A DNA stretch of 64,000 nt, taken from positions 104,421-168,420 of the forward strand of contig JBGPIA010000010.1 of NCBI GenBank assembly GCA_041484665.1, given 5' to 3'. Numbering within the stretch: the stretch's first letter is position 1; each line of letters opens with the position of its first letter. Shown one piece after another: positions 29,828-38,707 of the stretch. Origin of the DNA: Candidatus Krumholzibacteriia bacterium (lineage in GTDB: Bacteria; Krumholzibacteriota; Krumholzibacteriia; JAJRXK01). Both the position numbers and the translations under genes were made by a program. The notes beneath the pieces were generated by a model that made no database searches, was not told where the DNA came from, and saw nothing but the letters and a program-made list of their open reading frames with translations.

Positions 29828-30898
29828 TCACTCCTTTCGCGCCGCCGGGCCGCCGGCGCCCTCCAGCGCCGCCAGCGTGCGCGTCGCCGGGTTGCCGGCC
29901 AAGGTCAGCAGCAGCGCGCGCTGGGCGTGCAGTCGGTTCTCTGCCTGATCGACCACCGCGCTGCAGGGGCCGTCGAGCACCTCGTCATCGATCTCTACGT
30001 TGCGGCGCACGGGCAGGCAATGCAGGACGCTGGCGCGGCCATCGCGCGTGGTACGCAGGCGGCTCGCCGTCAGGCGCCAGCCGCGCAACGAAGCCTTCTG
30101 GGCCGCCTCCGCGTCCGGGCGGCCGAAGCAGGCGAGCGAGCCCCATGCCTTGGGATAGACCGCATCGGCGCCTTGCAGGGCGGCCTCGGGGTCGGCGGTC
30201 ACGGCGAGCCCGCCACCGTGCGCCTCGGCCACGCGGCGGATGAGATCGGTGTCGCTGGGATCGAGGTCGAAGCCCTCGGGCCGCGCGATCACGACCTCCA
30301 TCCCCAGGCGCGCCGCGGCCAGCGCGGCGCTGGCCGGCACCGCCGTGGGCAGCGACTTGGGGTGCCACGTCCACAGCAGCACGAAGCGCCGCCCGCGCGT
30401 GCTGCCGAGCTTCTCGCGCAAGGTCATGGCATCGGCAAGCGCCTGGCAGGGATGGCGGCGCGCCGATTCCAGGTTGATCACCGGCTTCTCGCAGTGGCGG
30501 GCGAAGCTGCGCACGATGGCGTCGCGGCGGGCCGTCGCCCAGTCGCCGCCGCGGGGGAAACTGCGCACGCCGAGCACATCGGCGTAGCGCCCGAGCACCC
30601 GCGCGGCCTCGACGATGTGCTCGACGGTGGCGCCGTCCATCATGGCGTTGGGCTCGGTCTCGAGCGCCCAGCTTCCGTTGCCCGGCTCCAACACGATCGC
30701 GTGGCCGCCGTGCAGGAACATGGCCGCCTCGAAGCTGGCGCGCGTGCGCAGCGAGGGGTCCATGAACACCAGCGCCATCACCTTGCGCTCGAGGCCGCCC
30801 TGCACCTCGCCGCGCTTGACGCGCGCTGCCAGAGAGAGCAACGACTCGATCTCCTCGTCGCGCCAGTCCTCCAGCGCCAGGAAATCGCGTTTGGTCAT
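29828..30898 (-). CDS. argF: N-acyl-ornithine carbamoyltransferase (ArgF' class, AOTCase/SOTCase)
   Basis: PSLRTR, HPCQ, WTWHPKSLP (ArgF'-specific loop), HCLPVRRN, AENRLH. Confidence 0.9.
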   Translation of the reverse strand: MTKRDFLALEDWRDEEIESLLSLAARVKRGEVQGGLERKVMALVFMDPSLRTRASFEAAMFLHGGHAIVLEPGNGSWALETEPNAMMDGATVEHIVEAARVLGRYADVLGVRSFPRGGDWATARRDAIVRSFARHCEKPVINLESARRHPCQALADAMTLREKLGSTRGRRFVLLWTWHPKSLPTAVPASAALAAARLGMEVVIARPEGFDLDPSDTDLIRRVAEAHGGGLAVTADPEAALQGADAVYPKAWGSLACFGRPDAEAAQKASLRGWRLTASRLRTTRDGRASVLHCLPVRRNVEIDDEVLDGPCSAVVDQAENRLHAQRALLLTLAGNPATRTLAALEGAGGPAARKE

Positions 30899-30914
30899 GG
30901 CGGGCCTCCAACGG

Positions 30915-31937
30915 TCAGCACGGGAACATCCCTGCGGCGCGCAGCCCTTCGCCTTCGGGGAGGCCCAGCGCGAGGTTCATGGCCTGCACGGCCTGCCCGC
31001 CTGCGCCCTTCACGAGGTTGTCGATGGCAACCATCACCTGCACCTCCGCGCCATCGCCGGTGGCCGCCGCGTGCAGCAGCGCGACGTTGGTGCCGACGGC
31101 GTGGGTGAGCTCGGGCGGCTGATCCAGCACGCGCACGAACGGGCGGTCCTCGTAGGCGCGGCGGTACAACGCGACGGGATCGCCGCCTGGCTTGAGGCGC
31201 GCGTGCAGCGTCAGATGGATTCCACGCACGAACGGCCCAGAATGAGCCAGCAGCCGCGCCGTGGCTGCGGCACGGCCGGTCCACGCGCGCCATTGCTGGA
31301 GGATCTCCGCCTCGTGGCGGTGGCCCAAGACCGAGTAGGCGAAGATGTTGTGCGCGCGCGTGGGGTGATGCGTGGTGGTCTTGGGCGTGGCTCCCGATCC
31401 GCTGCTACCGGTGATGCCGAACAGCGCGGGCTCTCCCAGCAGCGGCGCCTTGGCCAAGGGGAAGAGCGCCAGCAGCGCAGCGGTGGCGAAGCAGCCCGGG
31501 GCGGCGATCGCGCGGGCGCCGCGCAGCCGCTCGCCCGCAACATCGGCCAGCCCATAGGTGAAGCGCGGCACGAGCTGCGGGCAGGTGTGCTGGCCGTAGA
31601 AGCGCTCGTAGAGGCCCAGGTCCTGTACGCGGAAGTCGGCGGCCAGGTCCACGACCAGCCCCGGCGCGGCGGCGAGCACCTCCGCCGCCAGACGCGAGGA
31701 CTCACCGTGCTCCAGCGCCAGAAACACGACGTCCTGACCGGCCGCTGCCTGGGCCGGCGACGCGCCGGTGAAGCAGGCGTCGGTCAGTGCGGCCAGCCCG
31801 GGGTGGACCGTGGCCAGCGGCCGCCCTGCCTGGCTGCGACTGGTCGCGACGCACTCGGTCACCCGCGGGTGTGAGAGCAGCAGTCGTAACAGCTCGCCCC
31901 CGGCGTACCCGGCGGCGCCGATCACCGTGGCCTTCAC
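30915..31937 (-). CDS. argC: N-acyl-gamma-glutamyl-phosphate reductase
   Basis: GAAGYAGGEL, DLAADFR, PGCFAT, GSSGSG, IDNLVKGAGGQAVQ; GTGA overlap with the upstream gene. Confidence 0.92.
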   Translation of the reverse strand: MKATVIGAAGYAGGELLRLLLSHPRVTECVATSRSQAGRPLATVHPGLAALTDACFTGASPAQAAAGQDVVFLALEHGESSRLAAEVLAAAPGLVVDLAADFRVQDLGLYERFYGQHTCPQLVPRFTYGLADVAGERLRGARAIAAPGCFATAALLALFPLAKAPLLGEPALFGITGSSGSGATPKTTTHHPTRAHNIFAYSVLGHRHEAEILQQWRAWTGRAAATARLLAHSGPFVRGIHLTLHARLKPGGDPVALYRRAYEDRPFVRVLDQPPELTHAVGTNVALLHAAATGDGAEVQVMVAIDNLVKGAGGQAVQAMNLALGLPEGEGLRAAGMFPC

Positions 31938-33061
31938 GAGGTCGCCTCCAGCGTGCCCCCGGGGTCCGCGGAGCTGTGCGCCGGCGCGGCGCCCCCGGTG
32001 TAGGCCGCGAGCGCCGCGAGCACCACGTGCACCAGCCTCGCGGGCTCGCGCCGCGCGTTGCACGCGGGCAGGCCGAGCTCGGCGCGGACGTAATCGCGGC
32101 CAACCTCGTTGTCGGTGGCCGGGCCGGTCATCACGGTAACCGGCAGGCCGAACCGGCCGCGGTAGATCTGCAGGGCGCCCCAGCAACCCACCGGATCGGG
32201 GGCCGCCAGCACGTGCGCGGCGCCCAGCGCCATCAGCGACGGATCCAGCAAGATGTCCTGGACGCCGTACTCGCCGAGAATCCCGTCACCCAGCTCGGCG
32301 ACGATGGCGTCGGGGCGGCGGCTGCTGACTGCGGCGAGCCGGTTGAGGATGCCCTTGGCCAGCGGCACGGTCATCCCGGCGTGGGTACTGGGCGCGCCGG
32401 CATCATTGAAGGTGAGTGCCTCGACCGCTCCGGCATCCAGCATCGACAGCGTGTCCCGCATGAGCGAGACGCCCGTGAGCTTGCACGCCGCCACGCGCAG
32501 ACCGGCGCGCGTGAGGCCGCGCACGAGCTCGGTGGCAGCCACGGTCTTGCCGGCGTTCATGCAGGTGCCCGCCACGTAGACCACCGGCACCGTGCAGTCC
32601 AGCACCTCCGCGGGCGGCACGGCGTGGTCGGCGATCGTCGCGGGCCGTCCGATTCGATCGCTCAAGTCGGGGAAGGCGAGGATCGCCCCCAGGACCTCGG
32701 CGCGAAACGGCGAGCCCAGCTCCGCGCTGGCGGACGTGCAGCGGCCCAGGATCCCGCCCAGATTGAGCACGTCGAGCACGTCGCCCACGGCGATATGGGA
32801 GGGGACCTCGCCGGCGTAGCCGCGCAGCGCGCGCCGGCTGCCCAACGTCCCGGCCAGCACGTCGCCCGCGCGCAGCGAGACCATCCGGCCCGACAGATCC
32901 TCCACCGTGTTGTAGGTGGACTTGTCCTCGAGGATGCGCACGGCGAGCACGTAGCCCGCGGCGGCGTTGATCTCGTCCCCCACGATCACCTCGCGGGTCA
33001 GGCGCGCGTTGCGCGTCGAGGAGGAGATGCGGTCCAGCCGCAGGCGCGTCGTGGTCAGCAT
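31934..33061 (-). CDS. DUF1611-like P-loop protein of unknown function embedded in the arg operon
   Basis: GTCMNAGKT P-loop, ACKLTG...RD, FNDAG.PST, VAELGDG; overlaps the argG stop and the argC start. Confidence 0.8.
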   Translation of the reverse strand: MLTTTRLRLDRISSSTRNARLTREVIVGDEINAAAGYVLAVRILEDKSTYNTVEDLSGRMVSLRAGDVLAGTLGSRRALRGYAGEVPSHIAVGDVLDVLNLGGILGRCTSASAELGSPFRAEVLGAILAFPDLSDRIGRPATIADHAVPPAEVLDCTVPVVYVAGTCMNAGKTVAATELVRGLTRAGLRVAACKLTGVSLMRDTLSMLDAGAVEALTFNDAGAPSTHAGMTVPLAKGILNRLAAVSSRRPDAIVAELGDGILGEYGVQDILLDPSLMALGAAHVLAAPDPVGCWGALQIYRGRFGLPVTVMTGPATDNEVGRDYVRAELGLPACNARREPARLVHVVLAALAAYTGGAAPAHSSADPGGTLEATS

Positions 33062-34296
33062 GGACGTCCTTCCGCGGCGCGCGCGGCCAACAGCGACGGG
33101 ATCGCGGCGACGCGGGCGAAGGCGCGCGCTTCCGCGCCGGTCCACAGCCGGTTCTCTTCCCCGTAAGTGGCCACCGCGGGATCCATCATGGAGTGCGGAC
33201 TGCGCACGCCGACCACCTGGAAGCGGCCGGGCGACAGCCGTACGCGCGTCTCGCCGGTGACGCGCGCCTGGGAGCTCTCGATCAGCGCCTCGATGTCGCG
33301 CAGCGCCGGGTCGAAATACTGCCCCTCGTGCAGCCGGTCGCCGTAGAAGCGGCCGAGCTGCTCCTTCCAGAAAACCTGCCAGCGCGTGAGCACGAGCTTC
33401 TCCAGCTCGCGGTGCGCCGCGATCAGCAGCACCGCCGCGCCCGCCGCGAACCCGATGCGCCCCTTGATGCCCAGCGCGGTCTCGCCCAGGTGGATCCCCC
33501 GGCCCACGCCGTAGGCATCGGCCAGCTCACCCAGCGCCTCGACCAGCGCGGGGCCCGTGAGTGGCGCGCTGTCCAGCGCCACGGGCAGCCCTCGCTCCCA
33601 GCGCAGGTGGATCTCCCGCGGCGGCGGAGCGTCGGCCGGCGGATCGAGCAGCTCCGGCGGCGGGCCAGCCCAGGGATCGTGCGTCCAGCCTCCGCCCCAA
33701 GTCGTCCCCCACAGGCCGCGGTTGATGGAGTAGGCAGCGGCCTTCTGCGGCACCGGCAGCCCGCGCGCCTGCAGCTCGGCGATCGCCTGCTCGCGGCGCA
33801 CTCCGGCATCGCGGATGGGCGTGAGGATCTGCAGGTCCGGCGCCAGCACCCGCAGCGCGACGTCGAACCGGATCTGGTCGTTGCCGGCTCCGGTGGAGCC
33901 ATGGGCGACGGCGCTCGCGCCGATCTCCCGCGCGACGGCGACCACCGAGAGGGCCTGCTGGGTGCGCTCGGCGGCGACGGACAGCGGGTAGACCTCGCCG
34001 CGCAGCACGTTGCCCTGGATGAGGAAGCGGACGAAGCGGTCGTACACCGCCGCGCGGGCATCGACCTGGTGGTGCTCGCGCGCACCGACCGCCAGCGCTT
34101 GGCGGCGGATGGCGTCGCGGTCGCTGGCGCCGCTGCCGCCCGTGTCGACGTAGACGGTGTGGACAGCCCACCCGGCCTCGGCCAGGCGGGGCACGCAGTA
34201 GGAGGTGTCCAGGCCGCCCGAGAACGCCAGGGCCACCTTGGGTGGCTCCGCCGGGCGGGGGGCGGCGCCGTCGTGGGTTTCGGATGGATTCTGCAT
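33055..34296 (-). CDS. argG: Argininosuccinate synthase
   Basis: LAFSGGLDTS, YPLSV, HGSTGAGNDQIRF, GIKGR. Confidence 0.93.
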   Translation of the reverse strand: MQNPSETHDGAAPRPAEPPKVALAFSGGLDTSYCVPRLAEAGWAVHTVYVDTGGSGASDRDAIRRQALAVGAREHHQVDARAAVYDRFVRFLIQGNVLRGEVYPLSVAAERTQQALSVVAVAREIGASAVAHGSTGAGNDQIRFDVALRVLAPDLQILTPIRDAGVRREQAIAELQARGLPVPQKAAAYSINRGLWGTTWGGGWTHDPWAGPPPELLDPPADAPPPREIHLRWERGLPVALDSAPLTGPALVEALGELADAYGVGRGIHLGETALGIKGRIGFAAGAAVLLIAAHRELEKLVLTRWQVFWKEQLGRFYGDRLHEGQYFDPALRDIEALIESSQARVTGETRVRLSPGRFQVVGVRSPHSMMDPAVATYGEENRLWTGAEARAFARVAAIPSLLAARAAEGRPC

Positions 34297-34314
34297 GATG
34301 CATAGTTATGCAAG
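34297..34314. promoter_or_regulatory. ARG box (ArgR operator)
   Basis: Palindrome TGCATA-GT-TATGCA at 34299-34312, immediately upstream of argG in an argR-containing operon. Confidence 0.75.
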
Positions 34315-34372
34315 AATCCAGCCGGAAGCGCAAGGGGCAATCGTGGGCAATCGTGAACTCACCCGCGTGCGG

Positions 34373-35080
34373 TCAGCCGGCCTGCGCCGCCGCGCGCACG
34401 AACGCCGTCACCAGAGGGTGCGCGCGTCCTTGCAACGCTGCGCGCTCGGGCTGGAAGAGCGTCGCAACGAAGAAGGGATGCCCGTCCAGCTCGACGGCCC
34501 GCGTCTCGCCCACCGCGTCGACCGCGGCCACCCGCAGCGGCCCTGCGTCGAACCAGGCAGCGTAGCGCGGATCGAGCCCGAAGCTGCAATGGTAGCCCTC
34601 GACGGCCTCGGCGCAGCCGTAGATCGCGCGCAGGCGCGAGCGGTCGCGCAACCGGATCCGCCCCGTCTGCTCCACGAGCGGGCAGGCCAGCGGCGTGATC
34701 AAGGCCACTGCCGCGCCAGGGTTGGACTCGGCGTGATCAGCTTGCGCGTGGCACAGCACGTTGCGGGCGAACTCGATCATTGCGTGCTGGAAGCCGCCGC
34801 AAGTGCCCAGGAACGGGCGCGGCTCCTCGCGGGCGAAGCGGATCGCGCGCAGTGCCCCGTCGAAGCTGGCGTAGGGGGTGGCCGGAACGCACCACAGTCC
34901 GGCATAGGAGGCGAGCTGCCGGCCAGCGTCGGTCCCGATCGTCGCGGTCCCGACCCAATCGGCCTCGACGGTGCACCCCGCCTGTTCCGCCGACAGCTCC
35001 AGCGCCCGCGGGATGGCCTGGTGGGCGAGGACCTGCGGATCGTGGTCACCGATGAGGGCGATGCGGAGGGTGGCGGGCAT
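34373..35080 (-). CDS. Stand-alone CTP-synthase-like class I glutamine amidotransferase domain
   Basis: IALIGD, PFLGTCGGFQHA, YHCSFG, HPFFVATLFQPE; no synthetase domain. Confidence 0.82.
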   Translation of the reverse strand: MPATLRIALIGDHDPQVLAHQAIPRALELSAEQAGCTVEADWVGTATIGTDAGRQLASYAGLWCVPATPYASFDGALRAIRFAREEPRPFLGTCGGFQHAMIEFARNVLCHAQADHAESNPGAAVALITPLACPLVEQTGRIRLRDRSRLRAIYGCAEAVEGYHCSFGLDPRYAAWFDAGPLRVAAVDAVGETRAVELDGHPFFVATLFQPERAALQGRAHPLVTAFVRAAAQAG

Positions 35081-35331
35081 CGTGGACCGTCTTGCGGGCG
35101 GGGGTTGTCGCCGCCGCGCGAGCGCGCCGGCGCGCGGCGTCGTGCGCAACGGAGCCGGGTGCAACGCAGCCGGGCGCGGCGGCGAGCGGCGCGGCCAGTG
35201 TACAAGATCGGGGGGAAACTGGCCCGTTCTTGCGTCTTACTCCAGGGAGGCGGCCACGCGCGCCGGCACGTCGCCGCCCGGCGGGAGCTCGTCCCGCCCG
35301 ATTCCAGGGGTCCAGGCACAAGGAGGCGCTC

Positions 35332-36213
35332 ATGGCGAAGAAGGCAGTGGTGGTCGGGATCAACCAGTACGCGAACGCCAACGGTCTGCGCGGGTGCGTG
35401 AACGACGCCATCGACATGCACCTGCTGCTGCGCACCGCGTTTGGGTTTCAGAGCAAGGACATCCGGGTCGTCACCGATGACCGGGCCACCAAGGAGGGCA
35501 TCCTGCGCCGGCTGCGCTGGCTGGTGCGGGGGGCGCAGGCGGGCGATGCGCTGATCTTCCACTATTCGGGGCACGGCTCGCAGATCCGCGACCGCGACGG
35601 CGACGAGCTTACCGACCATCTGGACGAGCTGATCTGTCCCCACGACATGGACTGGGACGGCACCTACATCACCGATGACGACCTCCACAAGATCTTCTCC
35701 GGCCTGCCGGCCGGCGTGCTGCTGGAGGTGTTCTTGGACTCCTGCCATTCGGGCACCGGGCTGCGCGATCTCGGTTTGCAGCCGCCGCCCGAGCTGGCGC
35801 CGCCGCCGCAGCTGCGCAACCGCTTCCTGCCCCCGCCCGTGGACATCCAGCTGCGCCTCACCGGTGAGGAGGACCAGGTCAAGCTCACGAAGCTCATGGG
35901 CCGCGCGGGCGGACCCGTTAAGAACCAAATCCTGTGGGCCGGCTGCAAGGACAACCAGACCAGCGCCGACGACCTGATCAACGGGGCGTGGCGCGGCGCG
36001 TTCACGTACTACCTGACGTACCACCTGCGCCGCGATCCAGCCGGGTCGCGAGGCGAGCTGATCAAGCGCGTGCGGCTGTCGCTCAGCCAGCACGGGTACG
36101 CGCAGACGCCGCAGCTGGAGATCGACGCCACCCAGCGTGACCGCGGCTTCAGCGAGCCCGCGAAAGCGCTCGGCAAGGAGACGCTGCCCCGCACGATGAA
36201 GGGACGCGCGTAG
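35332..36213 (+). CDS. Metacaspase (peptidase C14)
   Basis: GINQY, LRGCVNDA, HYSGHG, DSCHSG; AAGGAGG RBS. Confidence 0.9.
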   Translation: MAKKAVVVGINQYANANGLRGCVNDAIDMHLLLRTAFGFQSKDIRVVTDDRATKEGILRRLRWLVRGAQAGDALIFHYSGHGSQIRDRDGDELTDHLDELICPHDMDWDGTYITDDDLHKIFSGLPAGVLLEVFLDSCHSGTGLRDLGLQPPPELAPPPQLRNRFLPPPVDIQLRLTGEEDQVKLTKLMGRAGGPVKNQILWAGCKDNQTSADDLINGAWRGAFTYYLTYHLRRDPAGSRGELIKRVRLSLSQHGYAQTPQLEIDATQRDRGFSEPAKALGKETLPRTMKGRA

Positions 36214-36293
36214 CGACCGTCGTTTTGGGGGCGAGTCGGGACTCGGGGACGGGTGCGCCGCCGGGGCCGCGGCAGCCGCCCGGCTCCGACGGG

Positions 36294-37718
36294 CTACCCC
36301 GCCTGGGCGGCCGCGCCGGCCAAGCTCTCGGCGAAGGCGCGCGCCTGGGCGGCGATCTCGGGGACCGCTGTGGTTTCCCACAGGAGCGGCCGGCGCGCCG
36401 GCCCCAGTACGTAGAGCGACGCGTGCACGCGGCCGTCGGCCCGCACGGCGTTGCCGCAGCCGGCCGTCTGCAGCCCCAGCTGCAACGGATCCTGTGCCAG
36501 CAGCCCCCGCTGCAACATGCGGCGCACGAGCGGGTCGCCGGCACGCTGCAGGTTAAAGTCGGGCCCCGTGCAGTTGACCAGGCGCGACGCGGTATGCAGG
36601 CGCGGCTGGCGCTGCCCGCGCGGCAGCAGCTGCAGCGCGAGTGCCAGGCCGTCGCGCTGCACGCGCAGCAGCCGGGCCGCGCACACAGCGAGCGCGCCGG
36701 ACGCGCACAGCGCCTGGACGCGAGCGGTCGCCTCGGGCGCCATGCGGTGGCGGTGGGCCTCCCAGAAGGGCCGTAGGTGCTCGAGGAACTGGCGGCGGCG
36801 CCGGGCATCGAGGCGTTGCCACAGCTCCGCGGTGCGCGGCCGTAGCGCGTCGAGCACGCTCTGCCACGGCGCGCCAGCCGCAGCGGCGCGGCGGACCTCC
36901 GCGCGCAGCGCAGAGACCCACGCGGCGAGCGAATCCCGCGCGGCGGGCTCGAAGGCTAGACGCCACGCCGGCGCAGGGGCGGTGGTGTGCGCGCGCGGGA
37001 GCAGGCCGTGCCGGGAGAAGGCCAGCAGCGCCCCGCGGTGCCCCTGCGCGCGCAGCTGCAGCACCACGTCGACCATTGTCAGGCCGGTTCCAACCAGCGC
37101 CACGCTCTCCTCTGGCATCACGTCCTGCAGGGCGCCGGGCGCCCACGGATCGGCGCAGAAGCGCGGATCCACCGCCAGGAATGGGTCGTCCGGCAGCAGC
37201 ACGCTGGGGCTGCCATGGCCGTTCGCAAGCACCACCACGTCGGCGGCAATCGGGGCAGTCTCGGCGAGCTGCACGACGAAACCGCGTCTGCCCTCCAGCT
37301 CCAGGACGTCCTGCGCCTGCGCGTGGATCTGCTGGTAGCTGCCCGCGCGCTGCGCTGGCTCCGCGGTGCGGCGCAGCGTATCGGCTACGTACTGGCCATA
37401 GAGTGCGCGCGGGAGGAACGAATAGGGCCCCACCGCGGGCCGGCGCGCCGCGGCCCAGCGCAGGAAGTGGTCGGGATCCTCGGGCAGTAGGCTCATGCGG
37501 GCGGCGGGGACGTTCAGCAGATGCTCCGCAGCATCGGTCCCGTACGCCACGCCGCGGCCCACACGCGGCGCCTGCTCGAGCAGCGTTACGCGTGGCGCGG
37601 TCCGCGCCGGCTGCCGTAGCAGATGGACCACCAGCGCGGCGCCGGTGAAGCCGCCACCCACCACCACCACGTGCGGCAGCCCGGCTGCGGCAGAGGACTC
37701 TGTTCTGGCGCGAAGCAT
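36294..37718 (-). CDS. FAD/NAD(P)-binding protein (YdhS-like)
   Basis: VVGGGFTG, GRGVAY, HLLNVPA, VGTGLTMVD, SRHGLLP, VNCTGP, ETTAVPEI; GGGAGG RBS. Confidence 0.85.
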   Translation of the reverse strand: MLRARTESSAAAGLPHVVVVGGGFTGAALVVHLLRQPARTAPRVTLLEQAPRVGRGVAYGTDAAEHLLNVPAARMSLLPEDPDHFLRWAAARRPAVGPYSFLPRALYGQYVADTLRRTAEPAQRAGSYQQIHAQAQDVLELEGRRGFVVQLAETAPIAADVVVLANGHGSPSVLLPDDPFLAVDPRFCADPWAPGALQDVMPEESVALVGTGLTMVDVVLQLRAQGHRGALLAFSRHGLLPRAHTTAPAPAWRLAFEPAARDSLAAWVSALRAEVRRAAAAGAPWQSVLDALRPRTAELWQRLDARRRRQFLEHLRPFWEAHRHRMAPEATARVQALCASGALAVCAARLLRVQRDGLALALQLLPRGQRQPRLHTASRLVNCTGPDFNLQRAGDPLVRRMLQRGLLAQDPLQLGLQTAGCGNAVRADGRVHASLYVLGPARRPLLWETTAVPEIAAQARAFAESLAGAAAQAG

Positions 37719-37751
37719 CGATGCCTCCCGGGGGGTGCAGGTATGCCTCTG

Positions 37752-37903
37752 CGCAGGATGCGTGCCTTGCCCGCGCTGGTCACCGTCACACACATAACAA
37801 ATTGTCAGATAACGAGTTGGTCCGTCCCAGTGAAATCGGGACGCCGGCCGGTTCGGGATGGACCACAGAATATGACTGAAAATCCATCCATTTTTGACTG
37901 AAA
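37752..37903 (-). promoter_or_regulatory. Putative sigma54 promoter with IHF-like sites and upstream direct repeats
   Basis: GGCACG-CATC-CTGC (-24/-12, GG-N10-GC) at 37766-37753; TAA-N4-TTG at 37795 and 37810; TGACTGAAA at 37873 and 37895. Confidence 0.5.
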
Positions 37904-38223
37904 TTGGCGAAACCGTCGCCCGGCGCCCCAATCCGATTGCAAGTCAACCATCACTTCTTACATAAGGAATCAGCCGCCATCGCGCGAGGACGGGCCGGGA
38001 CCACGGACGGGTGCTTGGTGGGGGGCAGGCTGGGCCAGGACGGGCGGGGGCTACGGGTGGGCCGGGCAGCTCCGACGCGAGAGTGCCGACTCGCAGTGTG
38101 GGGCGGTCCGAGCACCCGCGCGGCGCTCGAGGGGAGGTCTGCGCCGCTGCCGCGATCCGGCTTCGGCGCTTCCACGGCGATCCGGCTTCGCCGCCTGCGG
38201 CCTCCGCGGCGGGCCGTGCTGAC

Positions 38224-38619
38224 TCAGCCGGCCAGCGGGCCGCCGCCCGGCTGCGAGATCCACCACTCGTAGCCATCGGGATCGCTGAGCGTGCACTCGC
38301 GCGCGCCCAGGGGCGTCGTCTTGAGCGGGCCGACCGCGAGCTTCTTGCCGACCAGCTGCGCATGCAGGGCGTCGATGTCGTCGGGCTGGAGGTAGATGCA
38401 AAAGGTCTTGGGCGTCGAGGCAATGTCGCGTGCTTCCCCGTGCCCACCTCCCTCCTGCTGCAGCATCAGGAACGTCGACCCCGACCGCAGGCACGCCCAG
38501 ACGAGCTGCCCCCCGGGCTTGTGGCTCTCGCAGACGGTGAACCCGAAAGCTTCCCGATAGTACGTGATGGAGCGCTGGATGTCCGAGACCGCCAGGCTCG
38601 GGATGAGCTTGTTCAGCAT
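38224..38619 (-). CDS. VOC/glyoxalase family protein
   Basis: LIPSLAVSDIQRSITYY..FGF, DIDALH, GARECTLSDPDGY. Confidence 0.85.
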   Translation of the reverse strand: MLNKLIPSLAVSDIQRSITYYREAFGFTVCESHKPGGQLVWACLRSGSTFLMLQQEGGGHGEARDIASTPKTFCIYLQPDDIDALHAQLVGKKLAVGPLKTTPLGARECTLSDPDGYEWWISQPGGGPLAG

Positions 38620-38707
38620 GGCAGTGCCTCTTTGCGGCGCGGGCGGGGACCGCCCACGCGTCGATCCCGATGGGCTCGCGTTGCGCGCGCCACGAAGGTC
38701 GAGCTTC

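Noticed and set aside
30915..31937. LysW-dependent pathway (ArgC looks LysY-like)
   Set aside because: No LysW or LysX/ArgX ATP-grasp gene in the operon, and ArgF' acts on small N-acyl ornithine
34373..35080. pyrG call
   Set aside because: Only the GATase-like domain is present; no synthetase domain
35332..36213. Metacaspase as part of an anti-phage cell-death system
   Set aside because: No gasdermin, TIR, CHAT or NLR-type neighbours; stand-alone gene
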